From positions 34,047,966 through 34,111,965 of the forward strand of contig NC_090384.1 of the NCBI RefSeq assembly GCF_036365525.1: a DNA stretch of 64,000 nucleotides, read 5' to 3'. Each line of letters opens with the position of its first letter. The first letter of the stretch is position 1. Origin of the DNA: Heterodontus francisci (lineage: Eukaryota). Under the pieces are notes generated by a model. The model made no database searches. It had not been told where the DNA came from and saw only the letters and a list, made by a program, of their open reading frames with translations. Of this stretch, positions 1-11,055 are shown one piece after another. A program made the position numbers and the translations under genes.

Positions 1-50
1 TGACAGAACAAGCTTGAGGGGTGAAAGGCCCGCTTCTGTTTCTATGTTCC
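1..50 (+). mobile_element. 3' tail of CR1-type LINE (family A)
   Basis: aagcttgaggggtgaaaggcccgcttctgtttctatgttcc matches the CR1 3' tail seen at 33600-33645 and 61770-61820. Confidence 0.6.
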
Positions 51-1625
51 CATGGTAAAAGCTTACTGGCTCTTACTTAACAACATTGAGGCACTGCTAT
101 CTGGAATGGCACGAACGATGATAGCTTTCCTGCTCAAAGCACAGGTTTAGAAAGAAAACACAGAGAAACACTCAAGATATGGAACGGGTACGAATAGATG
201 TGGTGTGCACCTGTCCTGATGGTCATGGCCAAGATTACTAATTCAATGAGGAATTGATTGTATAATGAATATCTTAGATTAATATATGTAGCTCAAAGGC
301 TCTTTCTTGACTCTGTCTCTAGATTCATAATCGTAGCTTGCAGGTACTCTTGAGTCTCCTATCTCTAGGTTCCATTATGAGGTTGATGATGAATCTCTTG
401 CCACTTAATGCTTCTATCTGGCAGCTTTCTTACCTCGTTCAATTAAACCTCTGATTAGATAAAGCGTGTCCCTGTACTCTGATCTGCAACTCCTTTTGTT
501 TACTGATCGAATGGTAGCAACAAAAGGCTCTGCTTAAGCTCCTTGAGACGGTATCATGTATACCTAATGAAATTACTGAGCTGGAAACATGTTGCTGAGC
601 TATAGAGAATGTTGTGTATTCTATCTATAGTGCCTAGGGACACTATACCTGGGAGGCAACTTTGACAGGTACTTTCTCCAAACATAAAATCCAGCCAGCT
701 GCTTGTGGAATGTTTCTGCTATTGCGTTCAGATGTTTCTATCACCTTGCTTTTCTGTGATAATTTTCAAGGCAGTCAGAAGACCAGAGGACTGTATTGTA
801 AGGACAGGCAAGGGAGAAGGGAGCATTTTCCAGCAGCTCAGTCAAGGTGCAGGAGAGAAGATGAGGCTTTTACATACAGATCTCATGATGTAATAAATTA
901 CCTTTAATAGTCAGAGAGAACCTGTTCATTGCTGCTCAGCTCTGCTGCAACTTCCTGAAAATCACTCCTAGGGGTGTGTCAAGCTCTGTACTGGGAGTTT
1001 AAGTTAATAAAATCTACTCAACTAACTTCCCCAGAACAGATTATCTGGTCATTTAAGCTCCTTATAAACAAGCAATCACTTAAATTTCTACAGTACTCAA
1101 TAAATACAAAAAAAAACTCTGAGCACTTTACAGGTCAAGGGACAAGATTGGACATCAAGCAGCTGGGAGAACTCAGAAAAAAGACTGAGAGAGCCCTTTG
1201 AAAATCACTCTAAATACATGTGTAAACACTGAACTCAGGCTGCTATCTGGACTGTACCAAAATCACTCAAATTAACAGAATGGATGTGTCCTTCAAAAAA
1301 CATGGAATCTAATAACAAGGCTTCCTTGTTCAAACTACAACTTATTGCACTTCTATATGGCCAGCGAGTTAGCCCCATACTTAGAATGGAGGGAGCAAGT
1401 TTAGTGATTTTAAGAGGAGCTTGGGATCATTCTGTTCTAAACAATGGAGTTACAGTTTTTTCTCATCTACCAGAAGGTTGCATTTTTGAAAATGATTCTC
1501 ATGTTTATGTGATTTTTGATTAAGGACTAGAATCGTGTTCTAATCATCCATCCAATCTTATCTCAGCTGTGCCCTTCCTAGTTCAGGCTAAGCATCATAC
1601 AACTGGTATTCATATAGCGCCTTTA

Positions 1626-2590
1626 AAGTATAGTGTGATGATTTTGGTGTCACACATCTCCTGTGGAACAGAGCCTACTTTCCAGCAGAGAAGGAAAAGG
1701 TCACAAAGGTGTGGCAATAGATGGGACTTCCTGTGCTTGAGCAGTTCGTCTGGGATTCCGTACTTGTCAGGTGCCCTTCTGTTCCCTAGGTGGTCTATAG
1801 CCTTCTCGAGCTCCGGTGATGAGGGTTTTTCATCTAACTCATCCATAACAGGAAGTTGCGGGAGAGCGTCAAGCACAGATTGGGAGATGTCCAACTCACA
1901 GGAGTACAGCTCACAGTAGTGTTCAGCCCAGCAGGACATCTGTTTACTTCTGTTGGTGAGTACATCACCATCTTCAGGGGAGCAACTTTGGTGATGGCAG
2001 GGCCAAGCGCTCTCTTGATTCCCTACGTACATATCTTGTAGATTTCCTTTGTTGCTTGCAGTTTGGATGTCCTGACACAATCTGATCCAGTGTTTATTTG
2101 TGCAGTATCCCCCTCTCCTTTGCACAGCTGTCTTGGCTACTTTCAGGTCATGCAGTTTCTTAGCTGTTGGGTTTATATTGTGCATCGTGTAGGTTTTACT
2201 TTTTGCATCAATGACAGATATCATCTCAGCTGAGTAGGTCTGAAACTAGTCCTTGTTGCGGGTTCCGCTTTTACCAAATGATGCTTCTGCTTCTTCATAG
2301 ATGATTGAGCTTAGTGACTTCTGAGATTCATCAATGCTGGCATTGGTGCTTCCCGTTAAGGCTTTGGTTGGTAGTAAGTGTTCTAGTGACGGTGCAAAGT
2401 GCTCATATTTGGCATCATTGCTTATGCAAGGAATGCTGAAGCATGGTGGGCCATTGTGTTTGGAGCTTTGGAACTTTAAGGGGTTCACCTTCACGCTGCT
2501 GCTGGTAAGAGAGTGGTCGGTGTCACAATCTGTGCTGTGGTAGGTGTGGCTGTGAAGAACACTGGGCAGATCGCACCTCCTCATGATGAC
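1626..2590 (-). mobile_element. RTE-clade LINE, inverted 5' segment (endonuclease C-terminus, linker, start of RT)
   Basis: ORFs 2246-2584 (TYHSTDCDTDHSL, APE endonuclease end) and 1610-2224 (WAEHYCELYS, APDKYGIPDELLK, CWKVGSVPQEMCDTKIITLY); frameshifted. Confidence 0.85.
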
Positions 2591-2639
2591 TGGAAGTGGT
2601 TAGCAAATTTTGCTTCCTTGAGTCCATGGTAATAGACAA

Positions 2640-3400
2640 TCTGTCCCTTGCAGAGCAGATGCAGTGCTCGATGCACGCATAGGGAAAGCAGCTACCACCT
2701 TTGGCTGACTCGCAAAACGTGTATGGGATAACATCAAGCTAACCTTTAGGACCAAGCTGATGGTTTACAAGGCCTGTGTTCTCAGCACTTTGCTATATGG
2801 TTGTGAAACATGGGCAACTTACAGCTACCAGGAAAAGAAGCCCAATAATTTCCATCTTCGCTGTCTGCAACGCATTGTGGGTATACCCTGTCAGGAATCA
2901 CAAATACAGCAGTCCTTTCAAAGGCAGAGCACCCAAGTGCATTGGCACTAATCAAACAGAGGCAACCTCGGTGAATCGGAACGTCCGCAGGATGGAAGAT
3001 GGTCAAATACCCCAGGACCTTCTGTATGGTGAGGTTGCCGGGGCCAGACGACCAGTGGAGCACACAAAGCTCCGCTTCAAGGATGCTTGCAAACGTGGCA
3101 TGAAGGCCCTAAATTTGACTATTGCACCTGTGAGTCACAAGCTGGCAAAAGAGGGAAATGATGACACATCCTGTAGACTGGTGTGCACTACCATGATGAC
3201 CAGTTGCTACAGCAGCTTGGCAACAGACACCAACATCAAAAACAACAACTCGCAGTGTCACTTGGCAGCTTCACCTGCAGTTGTGACAGAACCTGCCTCT
3301 CAACGATTGGCCTTCACAGCCACCAGCAAAGGTGCACCAAGAGAAGACACCTCACCTAAATGGATTGTTTGCTGCGTGTCCATCATCTTTCGTAGATCAA
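2640..3400 (+). mobile_element. RTE-clade LINE, 3' segment (RT C-terminus and tail)
   Basis: LDARIGKAATTFG, VYKACVLSTLLYGCETW, RMEDGQIPQDLLYGE, LRFKDACKR; homologous to 44259-45458. Confidence 0.9.
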
Positions 3401-3640
3401 CCTTCACTGTAATAAAATGTCCCAAGGTGCTTCACAGGAATGTAATCAAATAAAAATTCACACTGAGCCACATAAAGAGACATTAAGATAGGTGACCAAC
3501 CAAGGAAGTTTAAAGAAGTCACTTAAATGAAGAAAGAGGCAGAGAGGCAGAAAGGTTATGGGAGGAAATTCCAGAGCTTATGGCTGAGACAGCTGAAGAC
3601 AAGGCTGCAATGGTGGACTGAAGGAAATACAAGGCTACGA
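3401..3640 (-). mobile_element. L2 LINE 3' end, split by the RTE insertion; its terminal ~25 nt are at 1600-1625
   Basis: catatagcgccttta (1611-1625) joins to taataaaatgtcccaaggtgcttcacagg (3410-), the same tail seen uninterrupted at 20230-20300. Confidence 0.75.
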
Positions 3641-4148
3641 CATCTGCCCTTGTGCAACAAGCTGACTGAAAAATGCAAACTGGCACCAGGCAACATCTCA
3701 GGATAGTTCTCTCATTGCCCCTATCTACACTGTAACTGGCCACTGTGCAGGGATAGCAGGTGCATCTGTGTTCTCCCACAAAAAAGAACACAGGACCTTA
3801 CTGCACAGGATTTAGACTCTAATTTTCCTTCCACCTTGCTTAGATACTATTAAAGGACAGTGTTCCAAATTTAAGAAAGGAACTTGGAGCAATGTTGAGA
3901 ACATCTGCCACAAACTGTAACTGGCTGTGCCACACACCTGTCCTATGGATCAGCTGTAAGCGGTAACTTTCTCTTACGATTTGTATCAGCAATCAGTTTG
4001 CTTTCAGTTATCTCCCCATCTTCTAATTGTCACCGACTTTCTGACTTTTTGTGCAACATTTTGCGCTCCCTGTGGCAAGCACCAAGATTCATGGGAAACG
4101 CACAGGGTATAGAGGTGGGATGAGCCATTTGTCCCCAACCATCCACTT

Positions 4149-5300
4149 CATAGAATCATAGAATGGTTACAGCACAGAAGGAGGCCATTTGGCCCATCGA
4201 GTCCATGCCAGCTCTCTGCAAGAGCAATTCAGCTATTCCCACTCACCCATCCTTTCTCCATAACCCTGTAAATTTATCTTCAGGTGCTTATCCAATTCCC
4301 TATTGGAAGCCACAATGGAATCTGCCTCCACCACATTCTCAGGCAGTTCATTCCAGATCCCAACCACTCACTCCATAAAAAAAAGCTTTTCCTCATGTCG
4401 TCTTTGGTCCTTTTGCCAATCATCTTAAATCTGTGTTCTCCGGTTGTCAACTGCTCTGCCAACTTCTCTCTGTCTACTCTGTCCAGCCCCCTCATGATTT
4501 TGAACACCTCTATCATATCTCCTCTCACCCTTCTCGCCTCCAAGGAGAACAGCCCCAGCTTCACCAACCTATCCCCATAACTGGTCTCTCAACCCTGAAA
4601 CCATTCTCGGAAATATTTTCTGCATCCTCTCAGAAGCCTTCGCATCCTTCCTAAAGTGCGGTGCCCCGAATTGTACACAATACTCCAGTTGAGGCCGAAT
4701 CAGTGCTTTATGAAGGTTCACCATTACTTCCTTGCTTTTATACTCCATGCCTCTTTTTATAAAGCCTAGGATCCCATATGCCTTTTTAACCACTTTCTCA
4801 ACCTGCTCTGCCACCTTCAATGATTTGTGAACATATAACTTTGGTCCCTCTGCTCCTGCACCCCTTTTAGTGTTGTACCCTTTAGTTTTATTGCCACTCC
4901 TCATTCTTCCTACTAACATTTTTCTGCATTAAATTTTCACCAGCCTTTCTATGTCCTCTTGAAGGTTATGGCTATCCTTACAGTTCACGATACTTACAAG
5001 TTTTGTGTTAACTAAAAATTTTGAAATTGTGCCCTGTACACCAAGAAAAGCAGTGGTCCTAGTACCAACCCCTGGGAACCTTCCTCCAGTCCGAAAAACA
5101 ATTATTTACCACTACTTTCTGTTTCCTGTCACTCAGCCAACTTCATATCCATGCTGCTACTGTCACTTTCATTCCAAGGGCCTCAACTTTGCTGGCATGT
5201 CTATTATGTGGCACTTTCTCAAACACCTTTTAGAAGTCAATTTACACCACACGAACTGCATTACCCTCATCAATCCTTTTTGTTACCACGTCAAAAAACT
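4149..5300 (-). mobile_element. CR1 LINE (family A), 5'-truncated, degenerate RT C-terminal part
   Basis: catagaatcatagaa tail; ORFs with LIRPQLEYCVQF, LGLFSLEARRVRGDMIEVFKIMRGLD. Confidence 0.92.
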
Positions 5301-5309
5301 CACTTAAAT

Positions 5310-5482
5310 ACGAACATACGAATTAGGAGCAGGAGTAGGCCACTTGGCCCCTCGAGCCTGCTCCGCCATTCAATAAGATCATGACTGATCTGATTGTAAC
5401 CTCGACTCCACATTCCTGCCGACCCCGATAACCTTTCACCCCCTTGCTTATCAAGAATCGGTCTACCTCTACCTTAAAATTA
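5310..5482 (-). mobile_element. CR1 (HER1-like) 3' UTR fragment
   Basis: gaacatacgaattaggagcaggagtaggcc...cctgctccgccattcaataagatcatg, nearly identical to 34690-34880. Confidence 0.8.
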
Positions 5483-5489
5483 TCCTTTC

Positions 5490-6400
5490 ACATAACCATT
5501 CCAAGGTGCTTCAGGATTGGGAGAAGAAAAAGATGCAAGCCAATCAGGGAGATGTTAGGAGGGTCTTGGTCAAAGAGGTGGATTTCAAGGAGAATCTTAA
5601 GGAGGAGAGAGAGGTGGAAAGGCAGAAACATTTAGAGAGGGAATTCCAGGGTGTGGGGCTTGGGAGTCTGAAGGCATCACTGCCACTGATAGGTTAAAGT
5701 AGAAGCAATACATAAGAAGCCAGAGACTCTGGAGGGACTGCAGGGCTGGAGGTAAGGTAAGTGGGACAGTGCAAGTCAGAATACAGACTGCAGAGTTTTG
5801 AATGAGGTGAAGAGGGTGGAGGATGGAAGGTTAACCAGCAGAGCATTGGAATAGTCAGGTTGGGAGACTGCAGAGGTATAGATGAGAGTTTTGGCAGCAG
5901 ATGGGCTGAGGTAGCAGTGAAAGCGAGCAATGTTATGGAGGTGAAAGTAGGTCGTCTTTCTGGCAGAGGCTCAGCTTGGGGTTCAATAGTATGTTTAGGT
6001 TCAGAATGGTCTCCTTCAGCCTGAGCTAACGACTAAGAGAAGCTAGTTAATGGCAGCATGAACCCTATGGTTTCAGTCTTCCACATAGTTAACTGGAAGA
6101 AGTTACTGCTCACCCAAGATTGGATGTCTGACAAGCAATCTGACAACACAAAAACAGTGAATGGGTTAAAGAAATTTGAGGAGAGGTGGAGCTGGGTGTT
6201 GTCAGCATATATGTGGAAGCTGACCACAAGTCTGTGGATGACGTCTCCAAGGGGCAGCATGTAGATGAGGAAATGGTAGGGGGAGCAATGATAGATCCTT
6301 GGGGACACTGGAGATACTGTGGAGAGACACTGTGTTGGGAAGTGAAGACATTGCTGGAGATATCCTAGCTTTGATCGGAAAGGTATGTGTGGAAGCAAGC
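5490..6400 (-). mobile_element. L2 LINE, degenerate RT fragment
   Basis: FLIYMLPLGDVIHRLVVSFHIYADNTQLHLS...LSDCLSDIQSWVSSNFFQL (L2 YADDTQLY motif). Confidence 0.88.
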
Positions 6401-7017
6401 AAGGGCAATAGAGGAGGGGCCCTGGCGGTCAGGAAAAAATTATGTACAGCAAAGAGTTATTGGAATATGGAATCTTTTGTCACAGGGAGGGTTGAAGCAG
6501 TAAAGATTGTGGGTGAAAAATTGTGATCAGTTCCGCCCGTTTTTTGGGCACTATGAGTGACCTTAGAAATCCAAAATGGTGTCTGTGGTGCATATGCACA
6601 CTTTTGGGACAAGCTGCGCCTACGCCATTTTGGTGAGGGCGTTAGCACACATGTCATGAATAGATGGCAGAAGTATGAAGAGCAGGCAGATCGTGATGTC
6701 AAAAATTATACAATGCTGATTTAACACCAGCAATGGCATACTGGAGCTCAACACTTCAGCTAATGCCCTATCTTAACCTCTCAAAACTGGACATGCATTC
6801 AACAGCAGGAAGGACCCTCATTAGCAGATTTATAGGGATCAACTACTTACAGGTTAGTTGCTGGTTGATTTCTTCTGGCTGTTGCTTTGATTCTACAAGT
6901 GTTTGGTGCTTTCTATAGTTATTTCAAGTTGCAAAGGTCGACAGGGAATGGTGTGACAGGTGCTGAAGGACTTGGTTCTGAGACCAAGGCTTCTACAAAA
7001 ACCAGTAGCTCCCAGAC

Positions 7018-7450
7018 ATGGTGCAATATTAGGTGTGCCTCGTGGAGTACAGCATGACTTGGAGAATGAACAGAGGCCATGCAGAGCAGGACAAGCTGCT
7101 GGAAGAGTGAGGAGGAAGAGGGGGAGGAGACCTCTCAGAGGGACACCATATCTCCCCAGGGTCTTCAGGGACCAATTCTCCTACTTGAACCTCAGCGAGG
7201 AATAATGTGTGAGATATCTGCTCTTCAGAAAGGATGTCCTCACTGAAATGTGCCATCTGCTGCAGCCATAATTGCACTCTCAGAGCAGGGCAAGGACAAC
7301 ATTGTCAGTGGTTGTGAAGGTGACTGTGGCGATGAACTTTATGCGTCTAGCTCCTTCCAGGCTGGAGCTGGAGATATTTGCAGCATCTCACAGTTTGCCA
7401 TCCAGTGTTGCATAAGAGAGATCGCTGAGGCTCTCTATTCAATCATGAAG
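7018..7450 (+). pseudogene. Harbinger transposase N-terminal fragment (DDE core deleted)
   Basis: RVFRDQFSYLNLSEE*C...FRKDVLTEMCHLLQP...VKVTVAMNFYASSSFQAGAGDICSISQFAIQCCIREIAEALYS; stops and frameshifts; jumps to an acidic C-terminal tail at ~7475. Confidence 0.85.
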
Positions 7451-7799
7451 GGTCAACTCTTACCACCAGCTATACAATGAGGAGCTGAGGAAGAGGAACA
7501 AGAGGAAGAGGAAGGGAGGAGGCAACCCAGAAATCCCTTTTCTGTCTGGACTGTCTGTGAATAACTCAATACCTGCAACCACAACCTCAATTCCCCATTC
7601 ACCAACAGTCCCACTCCTTATCTTTCCTCTGTCACTGACCACCACTGAGTCTATTTGGCCACAATGCTAAAATAAAAGCTACCACAAAATAAACATTTCA
7701 TACAAAATTTTGAAATGAAATCAATCCATATTGCATACAAAGTCAACTAATCATCTTTGTGCATTCCATTAGTGCCTGTCTTCCATGTACCTTTACCTG

Positions 7800-9470
7800 T
7801 CCTAGTGCTTCTACGCAGTACAGCGTGACTGGTGGAAGCAGACTTTCAACAGAGGAGACTGCAGATAGCATTGGAAGATGCTATCAAGGAGCTCTGTGTC
7901 AGAAGACCCAGCTGTGGACTGCACCATCTCGGCATCGGTGGCAACAGTCTGGGCTGGCTGGCTGACTAGCAACAGCAAGAGCACTGGCGGAGTGGCAAGA
8001 GTGGGAGCACGAATGCTGTCGTTCTGAGAGAGGACAGCAGGTTCGTGTTCCACTGCCACTCCCCCTCGGCAATGCATCAGCAATCCTAGTAATCTGTTGG
8101 AGGCCCTTTTACACTCTGTAATCCACAGTCAGGATGACAGCAATCTGAGCTTGTACAGCAGCAGTCAGAGCTTCCAGTGCAGCATTCAGAAGTTGAACGG
8201 CTGCTGGCTGTGCTCAATGGGAGCTGAGACAGACGCTGAATCAAGTTTGGGTTCACAATTGTGCGAGTTTGAGTTGCTATGCTGGAATGGATGGACCCCA
8301 AGCCCTACACAAAACCCTGGGCTAAGTTGGTGCAGAACTCCTCCATGCACCTCGACATTGACTTCAGGTTTTCTGGCAGGCTTCCCAAAGCATCAAGCAT
8401 TTCATTGTGCGTACCCATTACTGTTGTTCTGTAGGCCGCCCCATCAAAGTGCTCATCTGAGTCCGCTAAAGCGGAACTCGTGTTCGACCTCATCCCCTAG
8501 CGAACTGGTACCTACGCTATCCTTGTCCCCTCCAGGCCACTAGTGCTCGGTGTCTCACTACATGCTGCTCCTGCCTCTATGCTATCCTCTAAGGTACGTG
8601 CACTGTCAGTATCTGAGCTGTGGGCTGTACATTCAAAATAAAGTGGTGTTCCTTCATCAATGCTATTTTTCTGTTGCCTCCACTGCATGGCCAGGTTGCC
8701 CTTTTTGGGTATTTGAAAGGAGAAAGTCACAAAGGTAAGGCCGTGGGGTGAAGAGGGGAGAAAAAGTTAGAAGTGCATGCTTACAGCGTCTGTAGCTTGT
8801 AAATCAGATGATAGCGAGGGGTGAGGGTGAATGGGATGTGAGAATGGCCAGCACTGTCTCCTCCATGGGCTTTGGAGACACAGGCCTACCTGTCCCCCAT
8901 TGGTTAGCTGCTGCTGCCTTTGGTTTCTGTGCCACCTTATTCTGCAAGAGAGAGGAAAGTGTGTCAGTGAGTGTGGTGCAATCTTTTTCACTGATATGGC
9001 TGTCATGGTTGAATAGCTGGCTGTGTTGCAACCTCTGAGATGTGGCTGTGAGGCTTTTATCAGTGTTAAGTGGGGAGTATGAGGGGGCAGTGAAGCATAT
9101 GAATGTTAGTTATGTCCTGATTGATCGAGATTGTTGGCAGGTTAGTGATGGGGGTGCAGTGAATTGAGCAGTGTGTGAGGCGAGTGGTCCAGTTGGTAGG
9201 ATATGGCATTTGAAGATACTTCATTGATCTTGACCCCTCGTGTGAGGTCATTGAACTGCGTGCGGTATTGCATCCAGGTCCTCGGGGCCTGACTCCGGCC
9301 ATTAACCTCCAAGGCTATCTGCTCCCATTGCCTTTTGAGCATGTGTCTGGAGGGCTCCTGGCCCCCTAGGGATACAGGACATTGCTCCTCCTCTCCATCT
9401 CCTACACCAAGGCCTCCAGTGCAGCATTTGAGAATCTTGGAGCCAGCTCTCTCCCACGTTGTGCCATTCT
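7800..9470 (-). pseudogene. Harbinger Myb/SANT-like DNA-binding protein gene remnant (3 exons)
   Basis: FSNAALEALV...HMLKRQWEQIALEVNGRSQAPRTWMQYRTQFNDLTR (Trp-spaced Myb/SANT); acceptor ctctcttgcag before NKVAQK at ~8943. Confidence 0.8.
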
Positions 9471-10164
9471 TCAATGTTTCTCAGGTCAGAGTCATTTCTT
9501 GCCACAATGCACCCGAATTTGTGCAGACTAGCTTGAAGTGATGCTAAATATTTGAAGCAGAGGAGAATTCGGGGGAAGACAGCAAGGCAGTGGGATTAGT
9601 TTTGGATTATTCCAGGAAAAAAATTTGACAGAGACATGAAGGACCGATCGGCCCCCTTCTGTGCAATAAACTTCCACAGTTCCATGACCTGCTATGTATT
9701 CTGAGCATTTTCTGTATTTCAAATTTCCAGCATTTCTCTTTTTAATCCTCAGCAGAGGATGATAGGAATTAGTGGTTGAACAAATAAATTAAATTAACAT
9801 TTAAAGTAGCATTTGGATCCGTGATGTGATAAAGTAGAATCATGTAACTTGCTAAAAACAGCCGGATAGAGATGGCACGATTCATTATGTACTGTTGTAC
9901 AGCATGTAGCAAAATATCCAGGTCGCATTCTGCAATTACACCTACACAGTGTGGGCAACAGTTCCCAGAGAACATACAACAATGGAAAAATTCAAGTCAC
10001 GCAATGGAAATATGGCTGATATCAGTGTAAAAAACCAGATTAAAAATTAGTTTCAAATTCCAAGTACCTATTGAAATAAACAGTGACAATGTAATACTTG
10101 CTAGGGCCATTCTTGAAAGTTTGCATTTTATTCCAGTAACCTATTTATTGATCAGCTTCTTCTA

Positions 10165-10310
10165 GTTTTTTTTTCCTGTCCTGAAGATGCTGCCACTTGC
10201 TGGGTTACAGTCATTCAAGCAGCGAGCCTGGGCCATGAGTGTCGGCAGGCTGTTCAACTGTGAAGGTATCACAGCCAAGCCCAATCCCATCCCCACACAT
10301 CAGAGGCCAG
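10165..10310 (-). mobile_element. LF-SINE-like fragment (3' half)
   Basis: gagtgtcggcaggctgttcaactgtg...atcacagccaagcccaatcc, complement of the LF-SINE central/3' motifs as recalled. Confidence 0.65.
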
Positions 10311-10864
10311 ATTTTCTCCCTGCCTATCTCAGTGGACTGAGGCCAGTAGCAGCTACCAACCTGGACTCTGACTGTGACCTGCTAATTCAGGACGAACTGG
10401 GTGGGGGAATAGGATGGGGTGAAGGTCAGTGTAGGAAAGAGGCTGCAAAGATAGGACCTGCTGGCCCCTGTGGTTCACTTTCACATTGGGCAATGTTAAA
10501 CACCAGTTAAACCATCAGGCAACTTGTGTCTTAATCAGATTCAGTACTCAGGTTGGCTGTTATTTCTGAACACGTGCAATTTGGTGTGAAAACGATGATC
10601 TGAATCAGTGGAAAAGGGGAGAACCTTTCCTGACAGCCTTTAGAAAAATATACAGCGCTACGAATCAGTAAGACTGTATTGTACAAGCGGGAGTCCACCT
10701 GCCATCCATCACCATAAGAACTTTAAAATCAGGAAGCCTATGGATTCCTATGAATGTCAACAGCAGTGACTGAGATAAGGTACTATAGTTTTCTGTATGA
10801 ACTGGATTATAAAAAAAATTACACAACAGATGCAGTCTATTCTATCCAGTGTTTTCCTGAAACA

Positions 10865-11055
10865 AAAAGGAAAGAACTTGCATTTATACAGCGCCTTTCA
10901 AAACCTCAACTTGTACCAAAAGGCTTTTACAGCCAATTGTGTAAATTGCAATATTAGAAAACCTGGCAACCAACTTGCGCACAGCAAGGTCCCACAAACA
11001 GCAGTGAGGTAAATGACTAGATAACCTGACGTCATGATGTTCTGTGAGGGATAAG
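10865..11055 (-). mobile_element. Deu-domain SINE 3' tail fragment
   Basis: aaagaacttgcatttatacagcgcctttca...gcacagcaaggtcccacaaacagca, complement of the tail of the 39670-40075 SINE. Confidence 0.7.

Larger units (their letters stand above)
6511..9530. mobile_element. PIF/Harbinger DNA transposon 1, internally deleted and truncated
   Basis: HARBI1-like transposase N-terminus on + and convergent Myb/SANT gene on -; same layout as the 34881-39093 element. Confidence 0.85.
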
